From Podarcis filfolensis (Eukaryota): a stretch of 64,000 nt of DNA. How positions within the stretch are numbered: position 1 is the first letter of the stretch; each line of letters begins with the position of its first letter. The notes under the pieces are model-generated. The model saw only the letters and a program-made list of their open reading frames with translations, was not told the origin of the DNA and ran no database searches. The position numbers were made by a program, and so were the translations under genes. The stretch lies in NCBI GenBank assembly GCA_964270895.1, contig OZ185437.1, one strand, 5' to 3'. Below are positions 1 through 11,100 of this stretch, one piece after another.

Positions 1-640
1 GGCTGCAGGAAGCTTCTGCAGCCAATCCGAGTCCCCGCGCTGCGCTTAGGCAAACTCCTGTCCCTCCGACCTCCGCGCATCACAAAGCTGAGCTGCAGCT
101 GCTGCCGAAAGTCTGGTGCTCCCCAGCGAGCTCTTCCAGAGTCATATTGCAGCTGCAGATCCCTGCAAAGAAACAAATCCAACAGGGGGAACAGGAGAGG
201 CAGCCTTCATTCCTCTTCCTCCTCCTTGCTCTGCTCCCTTGCTTCTCTGCTCCTCTGGCTGCCCTGTGGGGAACCTGCAGTAAGTGTAACTCCAGCAGTC
301 AAATCCTCAGGGCAGTGGTGCTGCTTCCGCTGCTTCATCCTCCTCGCCCATCCGGGCACTTGCAGCCCCTCTGCCCAGGCCGATCCCTTCATCCCCGCTC
401 CTCCTTCTCCCCACACGGCGCTGCTGCTCTGAGGGGCAAAAATGCTCCCCAGGCTGGAGTTATACTGCCAGCGTCTCCCGGCGTTTACATGCGGACACCC
501 TATCAGGTCATGCAAATGAGCTGGGGTGTTTGACTTGGGGGCCACCCTTGGAAAAGAGAGAGAGAGCAATCCAGGCTGGGAAAGCTGGGTCAGTAACTTT
601 GCCTCCCCTCGCCCTGCGCTGATTGGCAGAGGGAGAAGTT
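1..640. promoter_or_regulatory. CpG/GC-rich segment, possibly the 3' flank of the BIRC6 promoter CpG island (early intron 1)
   Basis: Many retained CpGs (e.g. ccccgcgctgcgc, ctccgcgc, gcgtctcccggcg) against an AT-rich, CpG-poor background from ~700 onward; exon 1 is absent, so it must lie upstream. The promoter link is inference; repeat origin is not excluded. Confidence 0.4.
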
Positions 641-929
641 TTGCTTGGAGAGTAGCAGGGCCATGTCCCTGGTCTCTGCGTGGGTGTTTTGTGCCCCCCT
701 TCCCACCCATGTGATTTACATGCTGTGAAAGTCGGGATCTGGTTTTATATTTAATTTTTTAAAAAAACTATAGTCCAGCCCTGACAGTGTCTGAGGGACA
801 GTGAACCGGCCTCCTGTGTAGAAAGTTTGGGGATCCCTGGCTTAGGGAGTGTTCTTCGGTCCTGTGGAGCCTTCAATGTGTGGTTTCAATTTTATCCCTG
901 GTGCTGTTTGGCATCTACATGTGTTCAAC

Positions 930-998
930 TTCTGATTTTGTATTTTTATGTTCTGAACCACCTTGTGACCTTTGGATGAACCAATTTGGATGTATACA

Positions 999-1051
<53 letters not shown>

Positions 1052-1058
1052 CAACAAC
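930..1058 (+). mobile_element. L2-type LINE 3' end with (AAT)n tail
   Basis: ttttgtatttttatgttctgaaccaccttgtgacc...tatacaaat, nearly the same as the 3' end at 11217-11280, followed by a microsatellite tail. Confidence 0.65.
999..1058 (+). repeat. Compound microsatellite (AAT)16(AAC)4
   Basis: Direct count; explains the poly-I and poly-L ORFs. Confidence 0.97.
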
Positions 1059-2571
1059 CAAAAATCAGTAGTGGAAATGGCTAATTCTCCTGCAGGCAAG
1101 CTTGGGTTCAGCTCTTTGTGAGCAGAATTACTGGCTAAATGTTAGTATGAAATCAGTACTTAAAATCAAAACAAATCTTGAGTTTATCTCTATTCATCAG
1201 GAAAGATGAAAAGTTGACCTGATGAGCAAATTAGCTTGGTTAAGCTCCTGTAGAGTGGGGTGTAGCAAGGCAGATGAGAGGGTTGTGTGATAGCTCACTT
1301 ATTTTTGTTTGTGACCTTTGAAATCACCTGCCACATTTCTTTATAAAAGCATAGATGTGTACATATTCAGCCTGTGAAATTGCCCGGCTTTTCAAAGTAT
1401 ATTTAGAAGATGATTGGCAAGTACTAAAAATAAATTCTGGAATAAAAATGGGGAACCAGTACTGACAACAACTGCAAAAGTCAAGAAGCTTCATATCTAA
1501 ACAAGTCTTTAATTCTTATTGAAGATCTACTTCCTTAAAATAGTTTACATCATAAATGTAGTGTAGCTTTTTATTTGAATTTGTTGTGATATCTGATCTC
1601 TTTGCAATAGGAATTAAAATCCAGAAGGTAGTTAAAGCCAAGTAGAGGTATGGATTTTAGTTAATGTGTAAAGAATATGAAAGTACTTAAAACATGTCAT
1701 TTGCGGATGCACGGTAATGTCACCAACATTCTTTGTGCATGGGAATGCCTTTCTGTTCTTAAAGTACGACTATTTAGGATTAATTTTGTCCTAAACTTTA
1801 TATACAGGTCATGGTCATGAGTCACATGTCCCTGACAGTCGGTTCTTCACCATACATTAACATTTGGCCTGCATTTGAGCCTATCTTCAGGATTGCCCTT
1901 TACACTGGTGTACTGGTCCCATTGACTTCTGTGGAACTTCAGCAGTGTAAGCGGTTATATTCCTAAGTATAATTTTAGTTCTTTTTCATTCATATGTATT
2001 CAGTCATATGTGTTTTAAGAGAGTGTTTATTCAATTTTTAAGTAGTGTTGTTAATAATACAATAATATAACAAAAATAAGGTAGTCTTGAGTTCTGTTTT
2101 CTCATATCAGTAGTAATTTATTAACTTCCAGAATTCATCCAGTCTAATCTGGGGATTGTGATGCAGTTGGACAGATGTGATTTGATGTAGGCTTTCAGAC
2201 TGTTCATGTTAGAAAGGGGCTGCACCTGAGGAAAATAGTATTTTTGGTTCACTTCTAAGAAAAGCTTAGATGGGAAAGGGTTATTAGCATTCATTCTTTT
2301 GGCTGAACACTTTTACTATTTTCTTTTTTATAGATGAGCTTGACCTTGTAAGCAACACCCTTATACCTATCGAGTAAAGATGTTGACTTTGAGTTTCAGG
2401 TGAACTTCATATGCTTTCCAGGAATAATAATTCTGTCTAGGAATAATTGCAACTACAACCCGTCTTAAGAAGTGGTCTTTATACGTACTTGAGCTGAATT
2501 TGATCATTCTTTACTTCTGTCTTGTTTAATCAGCATTTGCCAACTTGGTACCCTTCAGATATTTTGGACTA

Positions 2572-2835
2572 CAGTGGTGCCTCGCAAGACAAAATTAATT
2601 CGTTTCGTGAGTCTTTTCGTCTTGCGATGTTTTTCGTCTTGCGAAGCACGGTCCGTCGCAACTGCGCCTCTTCAAGCGGCTTTAAGAAAAAAGCGAACGA
2701 ACTCACAAGACGTTTTCGTCTTGCGAAGCAAGCCCATAGGGAAAATCGTCTAGCGAAGCAATGCAAAAACCGAAAAACCCTTTCGTCTAGCGAGTTTTTC
2801 GTTTTGCGAGGCATTCGTCTTGCGGGGCACCACTG
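2572..2835. mobile_element. Tc1/mariner (pogo/Tigger-like) MITE, 264 bp
   Basis: TA|CAGTGGTGCCTCGCAAGAC ... GTCTTGCGGGGCACCACTG|TA: 19-bp TIR (1 mismatch), TA TSD, CpG-rich, no transposase ORF. Confidence 0.92.
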
Positions 2836-3769
2836 TACAACAATTCCAGTGAGCAGTCAGCTAACAGGGGCTGATTGGAGTTGTAGCCCAAAACATATGG
2901 AGGTGCACCAGGTTCATGAAGGCTGCTGCGCGACTTTGTGTTAGTCCTGTCATGCCAAGTATTAACAGTGGTGGCCAAATTTTGCCTGCAGGCATGCAAG
3001 CCTGATTCATGTGCATTTAAAGCCAGATTGCCTGTGCTCTTTTCTGAACACAGTATTAGCAGTGTGATGATGTCCTTCATTTGTTTTGCTGTTGATGGTG
3101 TGGAGAAATCTATGCATGTTCCTCAGTATTTAACACAACCAAGAATAATTGTTTCTGGTCACTCATGATACAAATAGGAGGTTTTAATGCTATCATGTAG
3201 CAAATATCACTTACATGAAACACTAATGTGTGTAGACATTGCTGCACATAAACCCTTTTGAAAGGAATTATTTTTCATTCAATGCTGGTAATTGTACAGT
3301 CTGATAGAAATTTGCAGTGAAGCGTAGCATGCTGATAGTATTGAGCTTTATAAGTGTTAATGGATCCAGGAGCATTGGTTTCAGTGCTCACAGCCATCCC
3401 ATTGTGCCAGTTGTGGAAAAGTAAGCTAAAACTAAATGTAGGCAAGATGGGAATAATATTTAGTGGGGATTTGGAAGCTTTCTTTGAGGGGTGAGTTTGT
3501 CATATTTGGAGTTGTTTGTTGGATCTGGTTCATAACTTGGAGTGCTTCTGAACAATCATCATTTATGGAATAAGGGGACAGCTGTTGTTTGAGCACCTTT
3601 TAACTCTTATAATTTTTATGCTGGCTGGGCCACCCTAGAAAACTTTGGCTTGCCATTTTTCATGTTTTTGTAATCGAAGGATCGGCTGTTGCAATGCACT
3701 GTGCAAGGGGTATTCCCATTAAAAATGTCCAGGAGCTTCAGCTGGTAAGATGTCACAGCCTGCTTTTTG

Positions 3770-3920
3770 AGAATCATAGAATCATGGAATTGTAGAGTTG
3801 GAAGGGACCCCAAGAGTCATCTAGTCCCCAAGAGTCATCTAGTCAACTAAAGCTTTCATGACAGATGGCCATCCAACCTCTGCATAAAAACCTCCAGTGA
3901 AGGAGAACTCACAACCTCCC
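3770..3920 (-). mobile_element. CR1 LINE 3' end fragment
   Basis: agaatcatagaatcatggaattgtagagttggaagggacc is the reverse of the CR1 (ATTCTATG)n tail; internal 18-bp tandem duplication ccccaagagtcatctagt at 3808-3825 and 3826-3843. Confidence 0.75.
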
Positions 3921-4987
3921 ATTGTTGGGCTCTGATTATTCTGTGGCAACTGTGAGCCCATCAACCATCCTCCACGTACAGTTTGAAGTTTTAGTTTTAA
4001 CCAGTGAATCCCAGTGTAGTTTGGGTCCAGCATCCTAATGAACATGGCTTATCATAGTGGGGGAGGGGGCCAGGAGATGGGCAGCAGTTTCATAATGTAC
4101 ACTCCCTTCCCCTACCTGATTTTCACTGGATAGAGCTGAGAATTGCTGAGCTCTGTAGTACTTTGACTAGATAATGGGGTGTTCCAAAGATCCTGGAGGG
4201 TTGTGGAACTTGATACAGATGAAGATGTGTTCCATGAATCTTTGTAAGATTTTTGAGTGCAATTTGTGAAATTTAATTTGAAGGTTGAATAAGATAAAGT
4301 AGCAATATGATTAAGTTTTGAGGCTGCTGGAAACTTTAAAACACAGTCGTTGTGGAATTATAAGTAGCGCAGGCAGAAATGTTTGTGGACTAATAGCAAA
4401 ACTTCTTTAAGGTGTTTGGGGCTGCATATGTATTATATAGCACAAAGTGGTGTTCTCGAATGGTGAGCCTGGTGCACTTGTGAAAAAAGTTGGTTATTGT
4501 TCGAAGATCCAAAATCTTCTGTTGGTGTGAAGAATACAACATCATAGAGTCACGCAATACATAGTAATTACTATCTAAAAAATAGTGGTTCTTATCCAAA
4601 GATCCACTTAAGGCTTATGTAAAAGTCATGTGTGATGGTGTATCTCTTTTTTTGGATAGCATTACCTTGTGTTCCACTTCAGGATGTTTCTGAAGATGTT
4701 CCAAGTTTTTAGTTTGATTTTTAAGACTTCATAGAAGCTACTATTGGGAGGAGGAGGCTAGGAAGCAGAGAGTCATACACAGTTGTTGGAATTGGAGCTA
4801 GTAGAATCTCTCTCCTACCCTGCTGGTAAAGTATGACCATAAGTCTAATTCCAATTAGCCAAGACATCAACAGGATTAATTGCTTTTGATTTTAAAAAGC
4901 CAGGGTGGTTATTATTTCTCCTCCAAAGCTACTAATAAGATTTGAAGAATAATTGTTTTAACATAGTTCTCTTTTTACTCTTTACAG

Positions 4988-5169
4988 CTAAGCCAGGTGG
5001 ACGGGTGAAATGTCAGTACATTTCTGCTGTGGATAAAGTAATCTTTGTGGATGATTATGCAGTTGGATGTAGGAAAGATCTGAATGGTATCTTGCTGTTA
5101 GACACAGCTCTGCAAACACCTGTTTCTAAGCAAGATGATGTGGTTCAGCTTGAATTGCCAGTGACAGAG
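4988..5169 (+). CDS. BIRC6: BIRC6 exon 2 (182 nt)
   Basis: tttacag|CT AAG CCA ... GTG ACA GAG|gtaagt; (A)KPGGRVKCQY...LELPVTE. Confidence 0.96.
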
Positions 5170-8100
5170 GTAAGTAGTTAGAGCTGTTACTATCACTGCA
5201 GTATTTTTTCTTGGCTCCTAGTTTTGCTTAAACTGTGCGCCTAATGGATAACATTTTACAGGTGTCTGTATCAGAGCAGTAATACATATTCATTATTTTA
5301 GAATACATTGTAGGGTTACTGCTGCTGCTGTAGGGTGCAAGACTGTAGTTGCTCCTTATCTATATGTGTTCAGTTTGTACATGCCCTGGTTAACTGTCAA
5401 CTGGATTGTATAATGTATTCTACATAGAGCAACCATGAAGCAGTTTGGAAACTTCAGTTGTTTCAGAATATGTTAGTGTTGCTGAGGAGTGTTAGCGTTT
5501 AGAGTCTAGGAGCATATAACACCAATACAGCAAGAGCGCTATTGGTTGTCACTTTGTTTCCAGGCTAATTTTAATATCCTGTTTTTTTCCTTTTAAAACC
5601 CTGTATAGTTTTGATCTAGGGTGCTTTTGAAGTCCCTTCTCCCATATATACATTCCTGATCATTGAGATCATATACTGTAATCTCTTTATGTGCTGCCTG
5701 TTTCAGAGACAGATTGATGTTTAAATCATTTGTGTTCATGAAAATACCCATCCATAGCTTTTCCTTTATTTTAAAGTCTATATTGGCTATTTGGAAAATA
5801 TTCAGATTAAAAATTACTAGCTGCTGCTGGATCTGGTAGAATTAGGTGAGCCTTTCTTGAGTACACCAATAAATAACTAGTGGATGAGAATGTGTATTTA
5901 AATAGATGCTTGCCTTTCTGGGCTGATATGAGTAAGAATTGCTTGAAGATGCTAAGTGGCTTTTTTGTAAATTGCATAGGAATAGGTTCTTGACTTCCCT
6001 GGCCTCCCCCCATTTCTTAATGTGTCCCCAATGCGTTGAGATGCATGCTGTGAGGGCACTATGTAAGAATCAACAGAAATACCAGGGGTTGCTGTGTGTT
6101 TTACTATAACATTTTAAAAGCGTATATTTACATAAACCTGGTTACCAGTGTTATCATGAGCTTGATTCTATTTAAGAATAATTTAAATTTAGATCAAAAC
6201 AATAGTTTTCCCTCCCGTTAAATGGGTTAGCATATATTGGCAAAGCAAAGCTAGGAAGATTGTATTACGACCCACTACTGCTGTTCTGAATAGTTATTAT
6301 GCTTATCTTGCATACATTTTAAACTTTACGTACAATAGTCAGACACTATCCTTCTTGCTTTTCATGGTCACTTAGTCCCACTGTGTACATTTCCCCCACT
6401 CTGTATCTATGTATCTGCATAGCTGCCAACTAGCATTTGAAGGGTCTGAAGTGGGCTCTAGCCCACAAAAGCTTGCTCACAATATATCTGTTGATATCAT
6501 GGCACACTAGTGGGGCTTCAGTTGAGTTTAGCAGGAGGAATGGTGAATGGTGTAGCTCAGTAGTACCCATGCTCTAAATGCAGAAGATCCCAGGTTTGAT
6601 CTGTAGTATCTCCTGGTAAGATTGAGAAATGTTGCTGTCTGAAATCCTAGAGAGCAGCTGCCACTTTGTGTATATAATACTGAGTTAGAGGGAAAAATTG
6701 GCTACAAATTGAAATGAATAAATGAAACCATTAGCTGCCTACTATTACCTTGCTCTTTTCTAATGTTCAAACTGTAGCTCAATGTTTTTCCTCTAATATC
6801 AATGTTCTTCCGCCACGAATGAGTAATTTTTGTTAATATCAAAGGTCAGGCAAGCTTTTGGAAGTGGTAGTAAATTGTTTTCTCTTCTGCTGGGTGCCCT
6901 TTGTGCCTCTGGCTGGATGTCCTTCCTGATTGGAATTTGCTGGTGAATAACTCAAGGCCTAATTCTGCCTTTGGGATTTCAGGTGGCTGGCAGCTCAGTA
7001 GATGTCAGAAATTTTTCATATTTATACTGTTAATGGAGTTCCTTTTGGATTATCTATCTCTTAATTACTTGGAGTTAGATCCATGAATATCCACAGGAAT
7101 ATTTCTGGGGTGGGAGAAGTAAATGCTCCAAATTAATAAATATAAATAGCATCTGAGAACATTTCTGGTAAATATAGTGACTGAGCAGCAGCAAGGCCTG
7201 AATAGACTTGGGGTCTGAGAAACTAGTATCTCAGGTCAACTCTGGGAAGTAAAAATGGGGAAGAGTCATGTATATGACCTTGAGCTCCTTGGAGGAAAGG
7301 TGGGATAGAAATGCAATAAATAGTAATAAATTAGTAGTGTGTGCCTCAGAGCTATCTAGATTTAATGTTTGTATGGCGTAGAATATATTTCTTAAACTTT
7401 GCTGCCTTGAATTTATACCTAGAACCGGCATCTGCAAAGCTTTGATAAGCCTTTGAATATTAAAAAAAGAACTTTGATAATGAACGGGTATATAATATGT
7501 TGGTTTGTAAGACTTGTAGGGATGTAGGAAATTAAATAAACAATACTGAACGAGGACTGATCTTTTGATGTTGTCTTAGACATTTCTAACATATTTCGCA
7601 CATCTTAGGCTCAACAACTGTTATCTGCATGCATCGAGAAGGTAGATGTGTCAAGCACAGAGGGGTATGATTTGTTTCTCGCACAATTGAAAGATGGCTT
7701 AAAAAATACCTCACATGAAACAGCAGCAAACCACAAAGTTGCAAAGGTAAGAGATTTAACCGCTCAAATCTTTCAAATGCTAGAAGGATAGTGTCTTGGC
7801 TGTTTCTGTTGCATGTTGTTGGAAGTTTCTTTACAGGTTTTTGTTGTCATATGCAGTTAATTTATCTTTCAGGGCTTAAACATGAATAATGAACAGAATT
7901 GCATGCCACAATAACATGTAAAGGATAGAGAACTCAATGCACGTTTTTGTGTTTTTGTCTTCTCCCCACATTTATTATGTGAAGAGACTCCATGATTAAA
8001 GGGAAGTGGAGCTGCGGCTCTCGCCATGTCCTGACATTGTGCCTTCTTGGCAGCTGTGCCTCTAAACCTCAGTATGTTGAGAAAAGATCTGACAGGGGAG

Positions 8101-11100
8101 CTGGGTGTACTTGGAAAGGCACCTCTATGTGCTTGGGTCTCCTGATCGCATGGAGAAGTTTCCACAAATAAGCTGGCTCCCCATGTAGACCTTTGCTTTA
8201 GTGCACAGTAGATCTGGGGTGTGGAGAGCTGGACAGGCAGGGGTAGTCTGTTGGTGGGACCAGGGGCACAACCTTGTTCCCCTTAACCATATGAGGCTCA
8301 GTCATGCCATAAATCCATGCAGGGGACTTTTCTGGGAGTCAGCTACCACTTCAGTAATTTTCTTATTGCTTAAAACCACCTATGACATGTGTCTGGCTTA
8401 ATCTTAAAAGAAGGAAGTTTACTAGTCTTTCTTGTTTACCTTAAAGCTACTTGCTTTAAATTTTGGAAAGAAAAAATGAAAAAAAAGTGTTTTAATCAGT
8501 TTGTAAAAGGCTTGTTTCTCTCTACCAGCTGTGTTAAGTCTACGTGGGTGCATATTTGCACTGTTTTTGAGGAATGACCTTTACCAAGTGTTAGCATAAT
8601 TCTTTGTATTTTGGATTAATTGGTGAAACTGACCCAATTTCTGCTCTGGTCTTTGAGTTTCCCTGAATCCCACTGCAAGATACAGTAGCAAGACAGGAGG
8701 GCTACAGAAAGTGGCCTGAACTGAGTAAACCACTTTCAGCTACACCACTTTGTATCTTCCGGGGGTTGGGGAACCTCCCACAATGGAATATTTGATTCTC
8801 AAAATCAGGGAGGTCCCTTTCCCAGTACAGTCGTACCTTGGAAGCCGAACGCCTTGGCTCCCGAATGATCAAAACCCGGAAGTGAGTGTTCCGGTTTTCA
8901 AATGATTTTCAGAAGCTGAACATCCAGTGCAGCTTCTGTGGCTTCTGATTGGCTGCAGGACGCTCCTGCAGCCAATCGGAAGCCACGCTTTGGTTTTTGA
9001 ATGCATTATGTTCGCAAACCAAGGTACCACAGTATTCTTAGAAGTAGGAGTCAAGCTATTATTAATTTTGATTTTTTTTATGCTTTTCACATTCCCTAGT
9101 TTGTCCTATACTGTGTGAAACTTCAAAGGTCTGATTAGTCACAATCTGTAATACCACATCTCAAAGTAGTGGAATCGTTGCTGTTTAAATGGTCCATGCT
9201 GACAAATTTTGAGGATCTCCATATAGACCTGATGCACATGTCCAATATTGTGTGTATATATATATGTATACACACACATATACATACTACATTGCTTTTT
9301 CTCTTCGTAGTGGGCAACGGTTATGTTCCATCTCCCGCATCATGTATTGAAGTCTGTCACCAGTGCCATTGTAAATGAACTCAAGAAGATAAATCAAAAT
9401 ATTGCTGCCTTACCTGTAGCCTCATCTGTGATGGATAGATTATCGTACCTCTTGCCCAGTGCACGACCTGAACTTGGTGTGGGGCCTGGCCGATCAGTAG
9501 ATAGGTATGGAAAAGATAATTTATCTGTTGCAATCTGTTGCTTTTGTGCATGTGACTTTCAGGAGTTTCCAATATAAACACATTTGGAATGAATTTGAAT
9601 GGAAGAGATAATTTAAGTGGGATGGTGAGAGGATCTTAGGGTGCCATTTTATCCTTATTTCTCTAGATGGCTTGAAGAGGAGTGAATTTGTTGATGGTAG
9701 GATGGTTAGAAGAAGGGAAAAGTACAACTTGCTAGTGTGTATTCAGTTGCAACACAAATGTTTATGAATGGGGGTAGACCCGTTTATAAACTGTAAGCTG
9801 CCAAGCCAAATAGAGACATTAGCCATGTGCTGTCGTCTTTCAGATGACTTGACAGTCTCAGTAGGTTTGCAGTCCCAGAGGGCCTGAGCGGGAAGTTCTG
9901 TTGGACCAAGTTTTTTTGGACCAGTATGTATGACTATGGGCTGCATTACCAAGCAGTTGTCATGTATCCATCTTATATGAGGACCAGAAACTTGATTGCA
10001 AAGCACAATCAAGATGAAAGCCCCATACATTAACACCTGCCCGCCCTTTGGATGCACAAGGAAGATCCCTAGAGCAGTTGGTACGTTGTATATATCTAGG
10101 CATTTGTGGAGTGGTACTCTTTATCAATCTCTCCACTGGTAACACAATACAGCAAGCCTGCATGACTTGTGACCTAACATGCTAAATCTCCATTTTGGGA
10201 AATGCCTTTTAGTGTGGCAGGCAAAGGTGCCCATGGGTGGAAGAGGTTGTTTGTTTTTATTGTGAAAAGTTAGAATATGGGTGGTGGAATTAATATATGG
10301 GTAGGAAACTCCTTAAATCATGGAATGGGTGGCAGGCAGTTATGTTAGTGATCTCTGGTTGTGTGAACAAGGTGCAAATACAGCAGTGAATAATATTTCT
10401 TCTTTGGGACAGCAGAACTAAGATGGGTGGGGTGTTGTAAAAATTAAGCAACCTCTTCTCACACCTAAACTTGCACTTTCTACTTTCTGTTTTTAAAGGT
10501 CTTTGATGTATAGTGAGGCTAACAGACGGGAAACATTCACTTCATGGCCTCATGTAGGTTATAGGTGGGCACAGCCAGATCCCATGGCTCAAGCTGGGTT
10601 CTACCATCAGGTAAAATTTTCGGCACCTTTTATAAATGGCCATTATTTGCAGTTATGTAGTATTATATTCTTGATGCTGAATGTTCAAATATGATAACTG
10701 TGGAAGACAATTTGCTAGGTGTCTGCTGGTTTAGATTGTTGTTTTATTTGGACCTATAAAGTGAAATTGTGCCTATTTGGTTGCTGTTGCAAAAGCTTAC
10801 AAAATAGAAAGATGGGGGAATTGTTACATAATGACTCTTGTAAAGTAATTATTTGAACTTTCCATATATTATTACTTTTGCAATTATTTTTGAAAGACAA
10901 TTGCATCAAAATACTGGACCACCTCCCCCTATAGGAACCAACCTAAATCCTGTGTTCATCATCTGAGGCTCTTTGTGTGTCTCAGCTGGTTCTGAGGGTG
11001 GCAACACAAGACCAGGCCTCTTCTGCAGTAGCTCCCTATTTGTAGAATGCTCTCCCCAGGGAGGCTCGCCTGGCACCTTCTTTACATATCTTTATGTGCC

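Noticed and set aside
147-714. ORFs of 128 aa (+) and 167 aa (-) at the window start as BIRC6 exon 1 or a separate gene
   Set aside because: No resemblance to the BIRC6 N-terminus I recall (e.g. LHSLSYHPALNAIL); long ORFs are expected in GC-rich sequence with few stops
842-1099. Poly-Leu and poly-Ile ORFs
   Set aside because: Translations of the (AAT)16 microsatellite; the same applies to the poly-Leu ORF over (TTC)18 at 53544-53786
2522-2944. 140-aa Arg/Phe-rich ORF as a transposase
   Set aside because: It is the repeated TTCGTCTTGCGA motif of a non-autonomous MITE; no DDD/E or HTH pattern
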